A DNA stretch of 63,971 bases, filler included, from Octopus bimaculoides (taxonomy: Eukaryota), in NCBI RefSeq assembly GCF_001194135.2. It is 5 parts of 5 records of this genome, joined end to end, with 100 filler letters (N's around TTAATTAATTAA, not from the genome) between each part and the next. Parts side by side here need not be neighbours in the genome. Positions count along the whole stretch, not along the records: positions 1 to 29,232 come from NC_069006.1; 4 more parts are not named here. One strand, written 5' to 3'. The notes below the pieces were generated by a model. It saw only the letters and a program-made list of their open reading frames with translations. It ran no database searches and had not been told where the DNA came from. The position numbers and the translations under genes were made by a program. Below, piece by piece: positions 1 through 14,073 of the stretch. Positions within the stretch are counted from its first letter, which is position 1, and every line of letters starts with the position of its first letter.

Positions 1-42
<42 letters not shown>

Positions 43-406
43 GTGGGGATTGCAAGACTATACGGGGCTATTCACCTGGAAACGCCATATATAAGTACAA
101 TTTCATGACATACATAATGAATACATCGAAGAGCGTACGCATATGTGTTTGGAGCTATATGTTCTTTGCAAATGCACACACAATTTTAGAGATACAGACA
201 TGTACGTAGATCCGCTCATATTTACGGTGAATTAGATCCATGCACATACAGACATATACTTACATATGTGTCTATGTGTGCGCGCGCGCGTGCATAGGCG
301 CTTAGACGTAAAACAAATTGAAAGCATAAAAAAAATATTTTCTATGTACATACTAATTGCGTGCGTATTGAGTTAACGTTTGAATGAACTCATATACATT
401 ATATAT

Positions 407-443
<37 letters not shown>

Positions 444-1194
444 TGTGTGGGTGTGTGTGTGGGTGTGTTTCGATACCGTCACAAACACAGGCTCACTCAC
501 AAACTTATACATCTATACACACCAATACACGTAGATTCATATACACACTGGAGCTTCTTTGTATGCAGTCGATGCATACAAAGCGTTTCTGTTTTATTCT
601 GTTTTAAGCTGTTCTGTGTTGATGTGCTTCAAGCTGTCTGGCTGTGAATACGGAAAAGAAAATATGATACAAAATACGATTGTTAGGGGTTCCTGGTTGA
701 CACTGGTTTAAAGAGGTTTATCAAAATCATCGACATATACGTTACTATTATGAACATCAGGACATCGTCGCAACCTTACGACAGCGACTCCCACCAGGTC
801 AGAGAAAACTTTGACTACACATTTACGGACAAGATTAGAAGTTAGGATCGGGGACACATTTTCAGAGTAAACCGCTTTTTTTAAATTCTATATTTATATT
901 AACATTCATACAACGCTTTGCATTTATGGATTATATAGAGACGATGGGCCAGCCATCTCCCACAGCACGAATGACTGCATCATGTATGAGTTTATTAAAA
1001 TCCTTACAGGCAGATTTAAGACGTTTTGTCCTAATTAGAAAAAATACTTGCATAGATATCGTCAGTTAATATGCGTAATTATTAATCAATTAATTGCCAA
1101 AACTTTTTATTCATACTGTTTAGCTTTCCAAGGTGTCTTAGTGTTTAAATTTTCTTCATATGTGAATTATTTTGGAAATTATGGTGAAATTTTC

Positions 1195-1592
1195 GCGAAG
1201 TCCCAAATGGGGAATCACTGAAAAAATGCATATTTATCCTTTTCTATGCAATTTCAATAATAAACATTTTAGTTTTTTCATAACTATAGGATCAAATGCG
1301 AATGTGTATAATATATCAATGAATGCTATAGATAGGAAATGCAAAAAAAAAAAAGAAAAACTTTTCAAAACAGTCAATAGGTTTGTAGTTCAAAAATTGC
1401 GATTTATGATATGAAATGTCCTCTAGAATTAGCCAGAGATAATAATGACAAACTTTAACTACTAAATATTGTTAAACACACCTCTGCAAATGCAATGTGC
1501 ATAAGCAATTCACTTTAAATAAAAGGAACAATCAGCAGTGAGACTATGTTTAGCAGATCCCCAAATGGGGCTCATGGCAGACAATGGGTTAA
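1195..1592. mobile_element. Possible piggyBac-like right terminus
   Basis: Ends ...GGCAGACAATGGG-TTAA (1589-1592), with the subterminal motif CCCAAATGGGG at ~1202 and ~1560. No matching left TIR was found. Confidence 0.3.
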
Positions 1593-2149
1593 GACGAAAT
1601 ACAAACTATTTTCTGCTTCTGATATTTTCAAACAAATTACTGTTTCAAATCTGCACTACTAAAGCAAATATTTAACAGCCTTCTCAGTATAGAAAGGGCA
1701 ATAAAAGGAATATTACATGCTTCAGGGTACTATGTAAGTACTGCTTCGAGCACCTGGAATCAGGGATACGGTTACTTGCTATCCATGAACTGGACGCTAG
1801 TCCGTTATAGTGTTGCTCACTTGCAGATGAACCAGCTGAAATGAAGTGTTTTGCCTAAGAACACGACACACCACCCAGTGCGGCAATCGAAACTATGACT
1901 TTGCAATTGCGAGTACAATACACAACCCCTTGTTCATGGCCTTCACATTATATCATGTAGTAAGAATTTAATCATTAACAGAGCTACGACCGCGTTCTCA
2001 ATTTTAGATAAGAATTTTCCTGTGACACATGAATATCCTTCTTCCATCTGAACCAAGAACCAACACAATAACCAGCAGACATTACTTGGAATCTTCACCT
2101 GCTTGATCGCACAAAACAACTATAAACCCATAACCAGTCAACCCTACTC

Positions 2150-2350
2150 TCTCCGCTTCCTACCAAACAACAAACTTATAATTTCAGATTTAACTATAAC
2201 TCTCCATGATGATGTTTTTTTACGTGTTGTAATATAAGGTCACTGTAACATAACACGACAGTATGCAAGGAAATAAACTGGATTCGGAGAACACAAAATT
2301 TAAGGAGAGGTTCAAACAGCACACTTACTCTTTCAGATGCAGAAACACAA
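2150..2350 (+). mobile_element. Degenerate Penelope-like GIY-YIG endonuclease remnant
   Basis: Broken frames give TYNFRFNYNSP**CFFT then YKVTVT*HDSMQGNKLDSENTKFKERFKQHTYSFR, resembling the PLE pattern CNCR...CP...C...VVYKA.V...YIG.TE..FK.R...H..SFR. Confidence 0.5.
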
Positions 2351-2579
2351 TGAATTGCGTTTGGTGATCTTTAACTTCTATTACTGTTGTCTTTATTTTC
2401 AGTTGTTACTCTGGTTTCAACTACAGTTATAGTAGTAGTAGTAGTATTAGTATTTCTTGCTGTTGTTTTTTGTTGTATCCTATTGTTTGCTCTTCTCGAT
2501 GCCGTTTGTTGATCTGCAAATAAACTTGACAATAAATAAAATAAAAAAATAGACGAACTTTTAGGTAACCTTACATTAG

Positions 2580-2693
2580 GTCATATCCTATTTTTTTCTA
2601 CTTCCCTCCTTCCTCCTCCTCCCTCACTACTTACCACTCTTTCTCACCCTTACTCTCTATCCTCTAATTTCATACTTTCTCTCCTTCTCTCTC

Positions 2694-2748
<55 letters not shown>

Positions 2749-2856
2749 TATTCTCTGCTTCTCTCAATCTTTTTTACTGCTATATCTTATTTTATTTTCT
2801 ATCACCTCTCCTTTTGTTTTACTTATTTCTTCCCAACCTTTCTCTCTCTCTCTCTG

Positions 2857-2888
<32 letters not shown>

Positions 2889-3073
2889 TCTCTCACTCTC
2901 TTTCTCACACTCTCTTTCTCGCTACCTCTCTATATCACATTTGTATTTATCGCTCAGTCTTAAGTATTTTGTCCCAGTCACAATTCACTTATTTCTCGCT
3001 GCTTTACCAAGTTTTCTATTTTCACAAATTGTCTTAAATTTTCCTTTCCCAATCCCATCTTCACTCTCTTCCC

Positions 3074-3113
<40 letters not shown>

Positions 3114-3816
3114 NNNNNNNNNNNNNNNNNNNNNNNNNNNNNNNNNNNNNNNNNNNNNNNNNNNNNNNNNNNNNNNNNNNNNNNNNNNNNNNNNNNNNNN
3201 NNNNNNNNTCTCCCTCTCTCTCTCTCTCTCTTTCTCTCAGATTCTTTCTATTCACCTCATTGTCTTTGTCCTCTCTTTCCTAATCTCTCTCAGTTCCATT
3301 CATTCTTTGATATTTTTTATAAATTCTTTTACATTCTTCGTAATTCATCTTCCCTCCCTCACTCTATCTCTCTCCCTCTCTGCATATCGCTTTATCCACC
3401 TCATCTCCAGCCTCTCTCTCCCCTTCAGTCTCTCTCTCTCTCCCCTTCAGTCTCTCTCTCTCTCCCCTTCAGTCTCTCTCTCCCCTTCAGTCTCTCTCTC
3501 TCTCCCCTTCAGTCTCTCTCTCTCTCACCCTTCAGTTTCTCTCTCTCTCCCCTTCAGTCTCTCTCTCTCCCCTTCAGTCTCTCTCTTTCCCCCCTTTGTC
3601 CCCTATGTCCCACTCTGTCCACCTCATGTTCAATCTATTCTCTCAGTCTCTCTTTCTACCCCTCTCTGTCCCTCAGTGTCTATCTTTCTCAGTCTGTCTC
3701 TTTGTCTTACTGTCTATCTATCACTCTTTCTCTCTCTCTTTCTCTCTCCCTATCGATCTATCTATTTCTTTGTCTCGCCCACCTCAAATCTTCCATCTCA
3801 GTCTCTCCCCTCTCTC

Positions 3817-3895
<79 letters not shown>

Positions 3896-4290
3896 CTTTG
3901 TCTAGTTGACTTCCAATCTACTCTTTCAGTCTTTCACTCTCCGTCTCTCTCTTTCTCTATCTCTATCTCTTTATCACTTTGTCTAGCTACTCTCCAATCT
4001 GTACTTTCAATTTCACTTTCTCCTCGCTATTTATGCATCTAGCTCTCCCTCTCTCTTTGTCTTTCACCCATTATCTGTTTGTCTCTCTGTCTCTCTGTCA
4101 AGCTCACCTCTGTTCTCTATCTGCACCTCCCATTCTCTTTCTGTCAACAATTCTGCTTTCACCTTACCATTCTTCATCTGACTTCACACCCTCGTTCTAT
4201 ATTTCCCCTTCCCACCTCTTTATTTACTCCACCGAACACTTCCGCCACCCCCCTCTTTACACTGTATTCCTTCTTCTCGTTACATCTATC
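2580..4290. repeat. Polypyrimidine (CT)n-rich block including eight CCCTTCAGT(CT)n units at 3411-3590
   Basis: Direct reading: (CT)n, (CTAT)n and a variable-length 18-24-bp unit. Confidence 0.9.
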
Positions 4291-4476
4291 TGCATGTCAC
4301 TCTGTGACCGTGCAACTGTGCACTCCATGCTTGGTTGCATTAACGCAATTACTGTTGATGTTTGTACGAAGACGATGAAGAGATACAGCTGGAATTAAAA
4401 TAGATCAGACACATTCGGAATGACAAAACGCCAAACCCAAGTCTATTAGTTAGCAACAATATCGGTTTGTATATAG

Positions 4477-4688
4477 GTGAGAGAGAGAGAGAGACAGAGG
4501 GGGGAGAGAGAAACAGAGAGAGGGAGAAACAGAGAGAGAGAGAGAAACAGAGAGAGAGAGAGGAACAGAGAGAGAGAGAGAGAAACAGAGAGAGAGAGAG
4601 AGAAACAGAGAGAGAGAGAGAGGAACAGAGAGAGAGAAACAGAGAGAGAGAGAGGAACAGAGACAGAGAGAAACAGAGAGAGAGGAAC

Positions 4689-4719
<31 letters not shown>

Positions 4720-4782
4720 AAGATAGATAAATAGATGGATAAATAGATATGCAGACAGACAGATAAATAGATAGATAAATAT

Positions 4783-4839
<57 letters not shown>

Positions 4840-4929
4840 CAGTTGAACAGATAGATATAGTGTATGTGTGCGTATGTATGTGTGTGAGTGTGAGTGTGTG
4901 TTCACGCGGTCGCAAGTGTGTTTATATGT

Positions 4930-4985
<56 letters not shown>
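4477..4985. repeat. Compound (GA)n/GAAACA/GGAACA array, (GATA)n and (TG)n microsatellites
   Basis: Direct reading. Confidence 0.9.
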
Positions 4986-4986
<1 letters not shown>

Positions 4987-5299
4987 CGTGTAGCGCACGA
5001 AGAGATAGAGAATACAAAATATATTGTAATTGAATGTGTGGCCGGTTTTTACTTTTTCTAATCTGTATGTATATATCTGAGATGTTTTATAGAAAATATA
5101 TACATTTATCGATGTATACATGTATGTTTACAGTTGTATGAGGTATTTGAGGACATACACGGTAATTTAATAAAGCATATCTAATCTAGCAAAAGCCAAA
5201 TTCGTTTGAAATAAAATCTTGTGCGCGTGTTCTCAATACCTTTTTTATAAGATTATTCTATGAATCTACCTTCAGCTTCGATGACTATTTCAATGTGAA

Positions 5300-5900
5300 A
5301 CTCTTATCGTTGACATGCTTATACTAAAAAGTCCTTCTTTATTTCGGACATCACCTGGATAACAGCTCCCTTCAGTGAAGCTATGCCATTGTGAGAATGC
5401 TGCAGTCTCCCTTTCAACAATGCTCCAAATGTTGTCGTCCATGGGATTTCAATGGGGCGAGTTCGGAGGCCAGAAATTTGGTATAACGTGATCGTAAAGA
5501 TTGTCAGATATCCATTCTTGAGCGACGAGGACTTTGTGAGAAAGTGATTGAGTCTTGTAAACCACGTACGGCCTTCCATAACACACTACACCTGACCCCG
5601 GTCCTCACAGATGCCCGCAACATTGCAACGTATCCAACAACATTCGAATACCCTGAAAAAGATGTTGGGTGGCATGACATGACCTTTGTTACTCGCTAAA
5701 ACTATCAGAGTTTCTGGAAACTTAGTTTGTATCAAACTGGGATATCAGAAGAATTTCATTTTACGCCAGATTGTTGGCCGAGGTCGAAGTTTTCCTCATC
5801 AGGGAAAAACTAAAGAAGGTCATATTTGCAAGGGTTTTTAATCTTGTTAAATCTTTATATATCCAAGACCGAGAGAACAAGGAGCAGTGTCTGTTAGACA
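5300..5900 (-). mobile_element. Degenerate Tc1/mariner (maT-like) transposase remnant
   Basis: Minus-strand frames with stops and frameshifts give LL*FFPDEENF (first catalytic D near 5798-5800), TKFPETLIVLASNKGHVMPPNIFF, GRPYV and QEWISDNLYDHVIPNFWPPNSPH*NPMDDNIWSIVERET. These are homologous to the 32.3-kb copy. Confidence 0.8.
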
Positions 5901-7181
5901 TGGGGCTGATGGAGTCCACAGAAATCATAGTGGGTAAAAGTCATAAAAAAAAAACTATCAAGATTTATTAGAAGCAATATCATGAGATCTGGTAAAGGAA
6001 AACTTAAATCAAGATATTAGCTGACAGTTAAGGGGGCCGGCTACTAGCAGACCATTAATAATGAAACAGGGGAAATCTTATCATGTAGTACTATAGTTAA
6101 ATACTTTAAACAATATTGCCATATTGTATAAAGTTAAAGTTTAGGGTTATTCAGAGAGAGAGAGGGGGGGAGAGTACTTGCATATAAACAGATTCACGGA
6201 CTGAGATCGTGTTCAAGTTGAGATAATGAGTAACTGCTTGGCAACGATATTTTGTGGTCGGCGTTGCGCCGTGAAAGGACACAGAACATTCCAGGGCATC
6301 AAAACTCTGCCATTTTGTAGAGACTAAACAAAGAAGCGATAACACTTGCGGATATCGAAATCTTTCTAAAATAAACAGCAGTGGAGAAGCGCAAGATGAA
6401 ATGCCTAATTGAGTGAGATACATGTAATGGGATCCATCAATCTATAAATCTTTACGTACATGCGAGCGTGCACTCACATACACGCACACACAATACATGC
6501 ATACATACATACATATATATNNNNNNNNNNNNNNNNNNNNNNNNNNNNNNNNNNNNNNNNNNNNNNNNNNNNNNNNNNNNNNNNNNNNNNNNNNNNNNNN
6601 NNNNNNNNNNNNNNNNNNNNNNNNNNNNNNNNNNNNNNNNNNNNNNNNNNNNNNNNNNNNNNNNNNNNNNNNNNNNNNNNNNNNNNNNNNNNNNNNNNNN
6701 NNNNNNNNNNNNNNNNNNNNNNNNNNNNNNNNNNNNNNNNNNNNNNNNNNNNNNNNNNNNNNNNNNNNNNNNNNNNNNNNNNNNNNNNNNNNNNNNNNNN
6801 NNNNNNNNNNNNNNNNNNNNNNNNNNNNNNNNNNNNNNNNNNNNNNNNNNNNNNNNNNNNNNNNNNNNNNNNNNNNNNNNNNNNNNNNNNNNNNNNNNNN
6901 NNNNNNNNNNNNNNNNNNNNNNNNNNNNNNNNNNNNNNNNNNNNNNNNNNNNNNNNNNNNNNNNNNNNNNNNNNNNNNNNNNNNNNNNNNNNNNNNNNNN
7001 NNNNNNNNNNNNNNNNNNNNNNNNNNNNNNNNNNNNNNNNNNNNNNNNNNNNNNNNNNNNNNNNNNNNNNNNNNNNNNNNNNNNNNNNNNNNNNNNNNNN
7101 NNNNNNNNNNNNNNNNNNNNNNNNNNNNNNNNNNNNNNNNNNNNNNNNNNNNNNNNNNNNNNNNNNNNNNNGATATGTTAC

Positions 7182-7249
7182 GGGGACGTGAACGCACCAA
7201 CACCGGTTGTCAAGCGATGGTGGGAGGACAAATACAGACATACACACGT

Positions 7250-7304
<55 letters not shown>

Positions 7305-7461
7305 ATATATATATAGGGAGAATTCACATAAAATCAAAAGACGAAGACAGGTGATGTAGACAGCAAACAGATGTATTAATTTAACGCTCGGGAAGTGAAA
7401 AGGTTTTAACGTTTCGAGCCTACGCTCTTCCACAGAAAGGAACACAGAAAGAAAATAAAGA

Positions 7462-7492
<31 letters not shown>

Positions 7493-7656
7493 CGAAAGGT
7501 TTCTTTCAGTTTCCGTCTACCAAATCCACTCACAAGCATTTGGTCGGCCCGAGGCTATAGTAGAAGACACTTGTCTAAAGTGCCACGCAGTCGGACTGAA
7601 CCCGGATCCATGTAGTTGGTAAGCAAGCTAATTACCACACAGCCACTCCTACGCCT
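7182..7656 (-). mobile_element. Composite CORE-like SINE interrupted by a hammerhead-family repeat
   Basis: Head/CORE part at 7497-7656 (TTTCAGTTTCCGTCTACCAAATCCACTCACAAG); second module at 7182-7250 (GTTACGGGGACGTGAACGCACCAACACCGGTTGTCAAGCG). The internal microsatellite carries a separate repeat at ~7335-7460. Confidence 0.7.
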
Positions 7657-8073
7657 ATGTATTTATTAATATATATACGTATATATATATATATATATGT
7701 GTGTATATGTATACACATACGCACATAAATAATTAAATAAATATGTATGTATATGTTTATACATGTATGTATGTATATTAATACCAAGAGAAATGCAGTG
7801 ATCGATTTATTCTATGTATTAATTAATAATCAAACGACGATTATATAAATTCTAGGCTCTTGACATATAACAGCTGCCCTTCCAATAAAAATTTAATACT
7901 CTGTTTCATGTATTGAGTTCTACTCCCGTTTGTATTACCAATATTTCATGCATATGCACACATATTCAAACAGAAATACATGTATACATCGATGTCATAT
8001 ATAAGTTACACTTACACATATAAATGCATACATGCAAATACACACTCGCACACGTATATAAATACACACACAC

Positions 8074-8112
<39 letters not shown>

Positions 8113-8407
8113 TAAATATATACACACATATATATGTGTATATATATATATATATACACATACATACATACATGCATGCATACATATATATATATATATA
8201 TATCCTTATGTATAATTTTTTCTACACGTAATAAATCCAGCCTCGTAAGAACGCAGGGTTCCCTTCAGAACTTCGGAATAAATATCGAAAAGTTGTTGAT
8301 AATAAAATATTCCGAAACTGAAACATTTGATCTTGCTTGATCGAATATCGTTTCTCTCCCTCAGGCACACACACACGCCTCCCAACCACCAAGAACCTAT
8401 ATATGTG

Positions 8408-8442
<35 letters not shown>

Positions 8443-8995
8443 TCGTATACATATGCATATATATGTATAATATACATATAATATCTACATACAGGCAAAC
8501 ATACATACACACACAATCAACCCCACCACTCGCATATATATAAATATATATGTATGCATATATATATATATATATATATATANNNNNNNNNNNNNNNNNN
8601 NNNNNNNNNNNNNNNNNNNNNNNNNNNNNNNNNNNNNNNNNNNNNNNNNNNNNNNNNNNNNNNNNNNNNNNNNNNNNNNNNNNNNNNNNNNNNNNNNNNN
8701 NNNNNNNNNNNNNNNNNNNNNNNNNNNNNNNNNNNNNNNNNNNNNNNNNNNNNNNNNNNNNNNNNNNNNNNNNNNNNNNNNNNNNNNNNNNNNNNNNNNN
8801 NNNNNNNNNNNNNNNNNNNNGTGTTTATTAAACACGCGCACTTCTTACTGAAATCTTGTTCATATTTGGATATTGTTTTCGCTTCGATTTCTTTCGGGTT
8901 TTTTTTAATACGTCATTGAATTGTAGCACTTAATGAAAAGCAGGTTGGCAACAGTATAGTACCAGCAGCAGTAGCAGCAGTAGCAGACGTAGTGT

Positions 8996-9047
<52 letters not shown>

Positions 9048-9310
9048 TTTTGATGTTTCTTGGTTTTATTGTCGCTGCTGTGGCTGGTTGCCTGTGTTGT
9101 TTTGGCCGGTGTTCTTGTAGATGCTGCACTTCGCTGCTTGCATCCATTGTCTTGTAGCAGTGACCATTCTTCATTGCAAGATGTCTTTAATTATTCGTTT
9201 CCCATTCACATTAACGATCTAACGACCATGCGTATATATCCGAAACGAGTTTATACACACCCCATGTATATAAACCTACCTACCTACCAACCTACGTACA
9301 TTCTACCTAC

Positions 9311-9358
<48 letters not shown>

Positions 9359-9388
9359 GTGCATGTCTGTCTGTCTGTCTGTCTGCAT

Positions 9389-9422
<34 letters not shown>

Positions 9423-9740
9423 TGGAAAATTATTATAAAATATATATATATATTTATATATATATATATGTATATATACATGTATATATATACCCCTGTC
9501 ACGGAGTCTCTCCATCTCTCCCTGTCTGCCACTCTTTGTCTGCCTGTCTGTTTGTCTGTCTGTTTATCTGTCTGTCTGTTTGTCTGTCTCTCTCAGACCT
9601 CTCTCTTTATATCTATATCTCTACCGATCGATGATTGATCGATCAGATACTCTAACGATCGACTGATTTTCAAATCTATATTCCTGTCTATCTTGCGAAC
9701 AATGACCCTGTGTATGTTAAGATACATACTTACATAAACA

Positions 9741-9832
<92 letters not shown>

Positions 9833-10549
9833 TATATACATATAAATATACATATATATATATGTGTGTGTGTATACACGAAGGTGTGTGTGGGCGTGTG
9901 TATATTTATATCATACATTCGCGCCATTGTCATCATACTTTCCCGCCAAATCTATATCAATGTCCAGAAATACAGGGAAACGAGCAATCCTAATCACTAG
10001 GTGCCTTCAGAATATTGATTTATCTATGGTTCTGTTTGGTTATGGTGCGTTTTGTTCTGTATTTGCTGATGTAGGGCCTTGGCTGTTCTCTATGAAATCA
10101 TGAAATCAGCTCTATTATGCATCCACTTATCTTTACTGCCCTATACATATGTGTGTGTGTGTGTATACATATGTAAATATATATACATATATGTTTATAT
10201 ATATATGTATGGATACATATATATATATATATATATCAAAACATACATATATATATATANNNNNNNNNNNNNNNNNNNNNNNNNNNNNNNNNNNNNNNNN
10301 NNNNNNNNNNNNNNNNNNNNNNNNNNNNNNNNNNNNNNNNNNNNNNNNNNNNNNNNNNNNNNNNNNNNNNNNNNNNNNNNNNNNNNNNNNNNNNNNNNNN
10401 NNNNNNNNNNNNNNNNNNNNNNNNNNNNNNNNNNNNNNNNNNNNNNNNNNNNNNNNNNNNNNNNNNNNNNNNNNNNNNNNNNNNNNNNNNNNNNNNNNNN
10501 NNNNNNNNNNNNNNNNNNNNNNNNNNNNNNNNNNNNNNNNNNNNNNNNN

Positions 10550-10603
<54 letters not shown>

Positions 10604-10962
10604 TATAGATTGCGATATAGATTGAAAGATAGCTAGATACACAGACAAGTATTTAGATGTTAGATAGAGGGGTGTACAGACTCTCAGATAGACAGGTAAA
10701 CGGGTATACATAGCATTAGACGTTAGATTATGTTTCCCAAGCTATATTCGGATGTGGATGTATAAATGTATCTATCTGTCCGTCACTCTATATATTTATC
10801 TAACTAGTTATTTATTTCTCAATATATATATACATACATATATGTATGTATGTGTGTGTTTGCGTATGTAAATGTATGCATAGTGATATAAGCATGAAAT
10901 TATACGCATCAATACCTGTGTAGTTACTTACACACACAAATATATAATATATTTTACATCTG

Positions 10963-10996
<34 letters not shown>

Positions 10997-12256
10997 CATA
11001 CACCCATACACACACACACACACATATGTATATATATGTATATATATATATANNNNNNNNNNNNNNNNNNNNNNNNNNNNNNNNNNNNNNNNNNNNNNNN
11101 NNNNNNNNNNNNNNNNNNNNNNNNNNNNNNNNNNNNNNNNNNNNNNNNNNNNNNNNNNNNNNNNNNNNNNNNNNNNNNNNNNNNNNNNNNNNNNNNNNNN
11201 NNNNNNNNNNNNNNNNNNNNNNNNNNNNNNNNNNNNNNNNNNNNNNNNNNNNNNNNNNNNNNNNNNNNNNNNNNNNNNNNNNNNNNNNNNNNNNNNNNNN
11301 NNNNNNNNNNNNNNNNNNNNNNNNNNNNNNNNNNNNNNNNNNNNNNNNNNNNNNNNNNNNNNNNNNNNNNNNNNNNNNNNNNNNNNNNNNNNNNNNNNNN
11401 NNNNNNNNNNNNNNNNNNNNNNNNNNNNNNNNNNNNNNNNNNNNNNNNNNNNNNNNNNNNNNNNNNNNNNNNNNNNNNNNNNNNNNNNNNNNNNNNNNNN
11501 NNNNNNNNNNNNNNNNNNNNNNNNNNNNNNNNNNNNNNNNNNNNNNNNNNNNNNNNNNNNNNNNNNNNNNNNNNNNNNNNNNNNNNNNNNNNNNNNNNNN
11601 NNNNNNNNNNNNNNNNNNNNNNNNNNNNNNNNNNNNNNNNNNNNNNNNNNNNNNNNNNNNNNNNNNNNNNNNNNNNNNNNNNNNNNNNNNNNNNNNNNNN
11701 NNNNNNNNNNNNNNNNNNNNNNNNNNNNNNNNNNNNNNNNNNNNNNNNNNNNNNNNNNNNNNNNNNNNNNNNNNNNNNNNNNNNNNNNNNNNNNNNNNNN
11801 NNNNNNNNNNNNNNNNNNNNNNNNNNNNNNNNNNNNNNNNNNNNNNNNNNNNNNNNNNNNNNNNNNNNNNNNNNNNNNNNNNNNNNNNNNNNNNNNNNNN
11901 NNNNNNNNNNNNNNNNNNNNNNNNNNNNNNNNNNNNNNNNNNNNNNNNNNNNNNNNNNNNNNNNNNNNNNNNNNNNNNNNNNNNNNNNNNNNNNNNNNNN
12001 NNNNNNNNNNNNNNNNTATAATATATATATATATATGTATCTATATAATATATATATATATACTATTATACGTATAAACATCCAAATATATATGGTATAT
12101 ATTTATATAGCATGTATATTTGAATACATATTACATACATATGCATGTGTGTCTGTGTATGTATATCTATGTATATAAATTTGTATATATACACAATTAT
12201 TATATTTGTGTCTTTGTGTACGTATCTATATTTTTGTCGATGTATCATATTTATAT

Positions 12257-12299
<43 letters not shown>

Positions 12300-12829
12300 C
12301 AAACACACACACACGCAGAGATATATACATACACACATATATATATATATATATATACGTACATACACACGCATACAGACAGAGAAAGCGCATACACACA
12401 TATAAACATAGCACAGCATATACACATTCAAATACAAACAGTTTTAGGCCATAGACTTCGATCTATTGGCCTTGGTTTTGATCAATCAATCAGAAAGACT
12501 ACCTTCTATTTTACGCTCTATTATCTCTCATAAAGCCTCCCCCATACTCACACCCAAACAACCCCACACGTCCGCAGAAAAAACACTTATGTTTTCCCCT
12601 ACCCACCCTGCAACCGGTCCCCCCTTTCTCTCTCTGTCTCTTATGTTTCTTTCTTATTGTATTTCGTTTATATTTTCTTTGTTTTTTTTTGTTTGTTTTT
12701 ATGTTTACTTATCGTGTCTTTGAAATCAATTATTGTGTTTTTTCTTGTTCTTATTTATTATGTTTTCTTTGCTTTTTTTCTTTTTTCCTATTACTGTTGT
12801 TTTTTTTTTGTTTTTTTTTTTGGTTCTCT

Positions 12830-12926
12830 CTTCCGTATTTGTCGATTTCGTCGTCGTTGTTGTCCTCATCGGCGTCTTCCTCCTCTACGTCGTCCTAGTG
12901 ATCATCATCATCATCACCATCATCAC

Positions 12927-12973
<47 letters not shown>

Positions 12974-13602
12974 ACATCGTCATCGTCGTCGTCGTCGTCG
13001 TCGTCGCCGGCGTCATCATCATCAACATCATCAGTAGCTGCAACAGCAGCAGTAGCAGCAGTAGCAGCAATAGCCAGAACCATCATCAATATCGTCGTAG
13101 TCATCTCAACTTCTTTGTCGCCGTTGTCGTCTTCATGAATATTGTTGAATGTCGATGGTGTCATCACAATCATCATTATCATCATCATCATCACCATCAT
13201 CATCACCATCATCATCATCATCATCATCATCATCACCACCATCACCAGCAACATCATCATCATCATCGACTGCATCATCACCACCCAAAAAAACCGCCAA
13301 CACCGCCACCACCAGCTCTGTCATCACAGTCGTCATGGTTGTCGTCGATGTCCTCCGTTCTCTACCACCTCTTCCTATCCCTCCTCGTGATCCATCCTCC
13401 TCTTCCTACTCTTCCTCTTCGTCGTCTTCATCTTTGGCGTTCGTCGTTTCCTCGTTACCGATCTGCGGTTTTCCCGTAATCTCTCTTTGTCAAAATTGTT
13501 AACCATTCGCCATGACTAGCTGTGCCCCACCTAATATATTTCGCGGCACCATTCGCGTATGTGTGTCTATTTTGTGTGTATGTGTGTGTGTGTGTGCATG
13601 TG

Positions 13603-13641
<39 letters not shown>

Positions 13642-14036
13642 TCGTGTGTTTGTGTGGGTATCTGTGCGTGTGTTTCTCTGTGTGCGAACGTTCTATATAT
13701 CTCTATATCTGTACAACACACATGCTCATAAGACGAACAGACAAGATGATGAAGACGAGGAAGAGGAGCGAAAAGACGAGCAGAAGGGTGAGGAGGAGGA
13801 GAGGAGGAGGAGGAGGTCGACGACAACGATGACGTCGGTGATCATAATGGTGAAGGTTGTGGTGCTGGTGGTGGTGATGGTGTTGATGATGATGATAATG
13901 ACCATAATGATGATCAGGATGATCAAACTCACATAAATTCTACATACATATATATATATATACACACACATTTATACATATATATATATTGATATGTAGA
14001 TATATATACATACACATACATACATGCATATATGCA

Positions 14037-14073
<37 letters not shown>

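Noticed and set aside
686-797. Frame VPG*HWFKEVYQNHRHIRYYYEHQDIVATLRQRLPP with in-frame TGA (possible selenocysteine exon)
   Set aside because: It resembles no selenoprotein motif I know, no SECIS was seen, and the splice signals are weak. Chance is sufficient.
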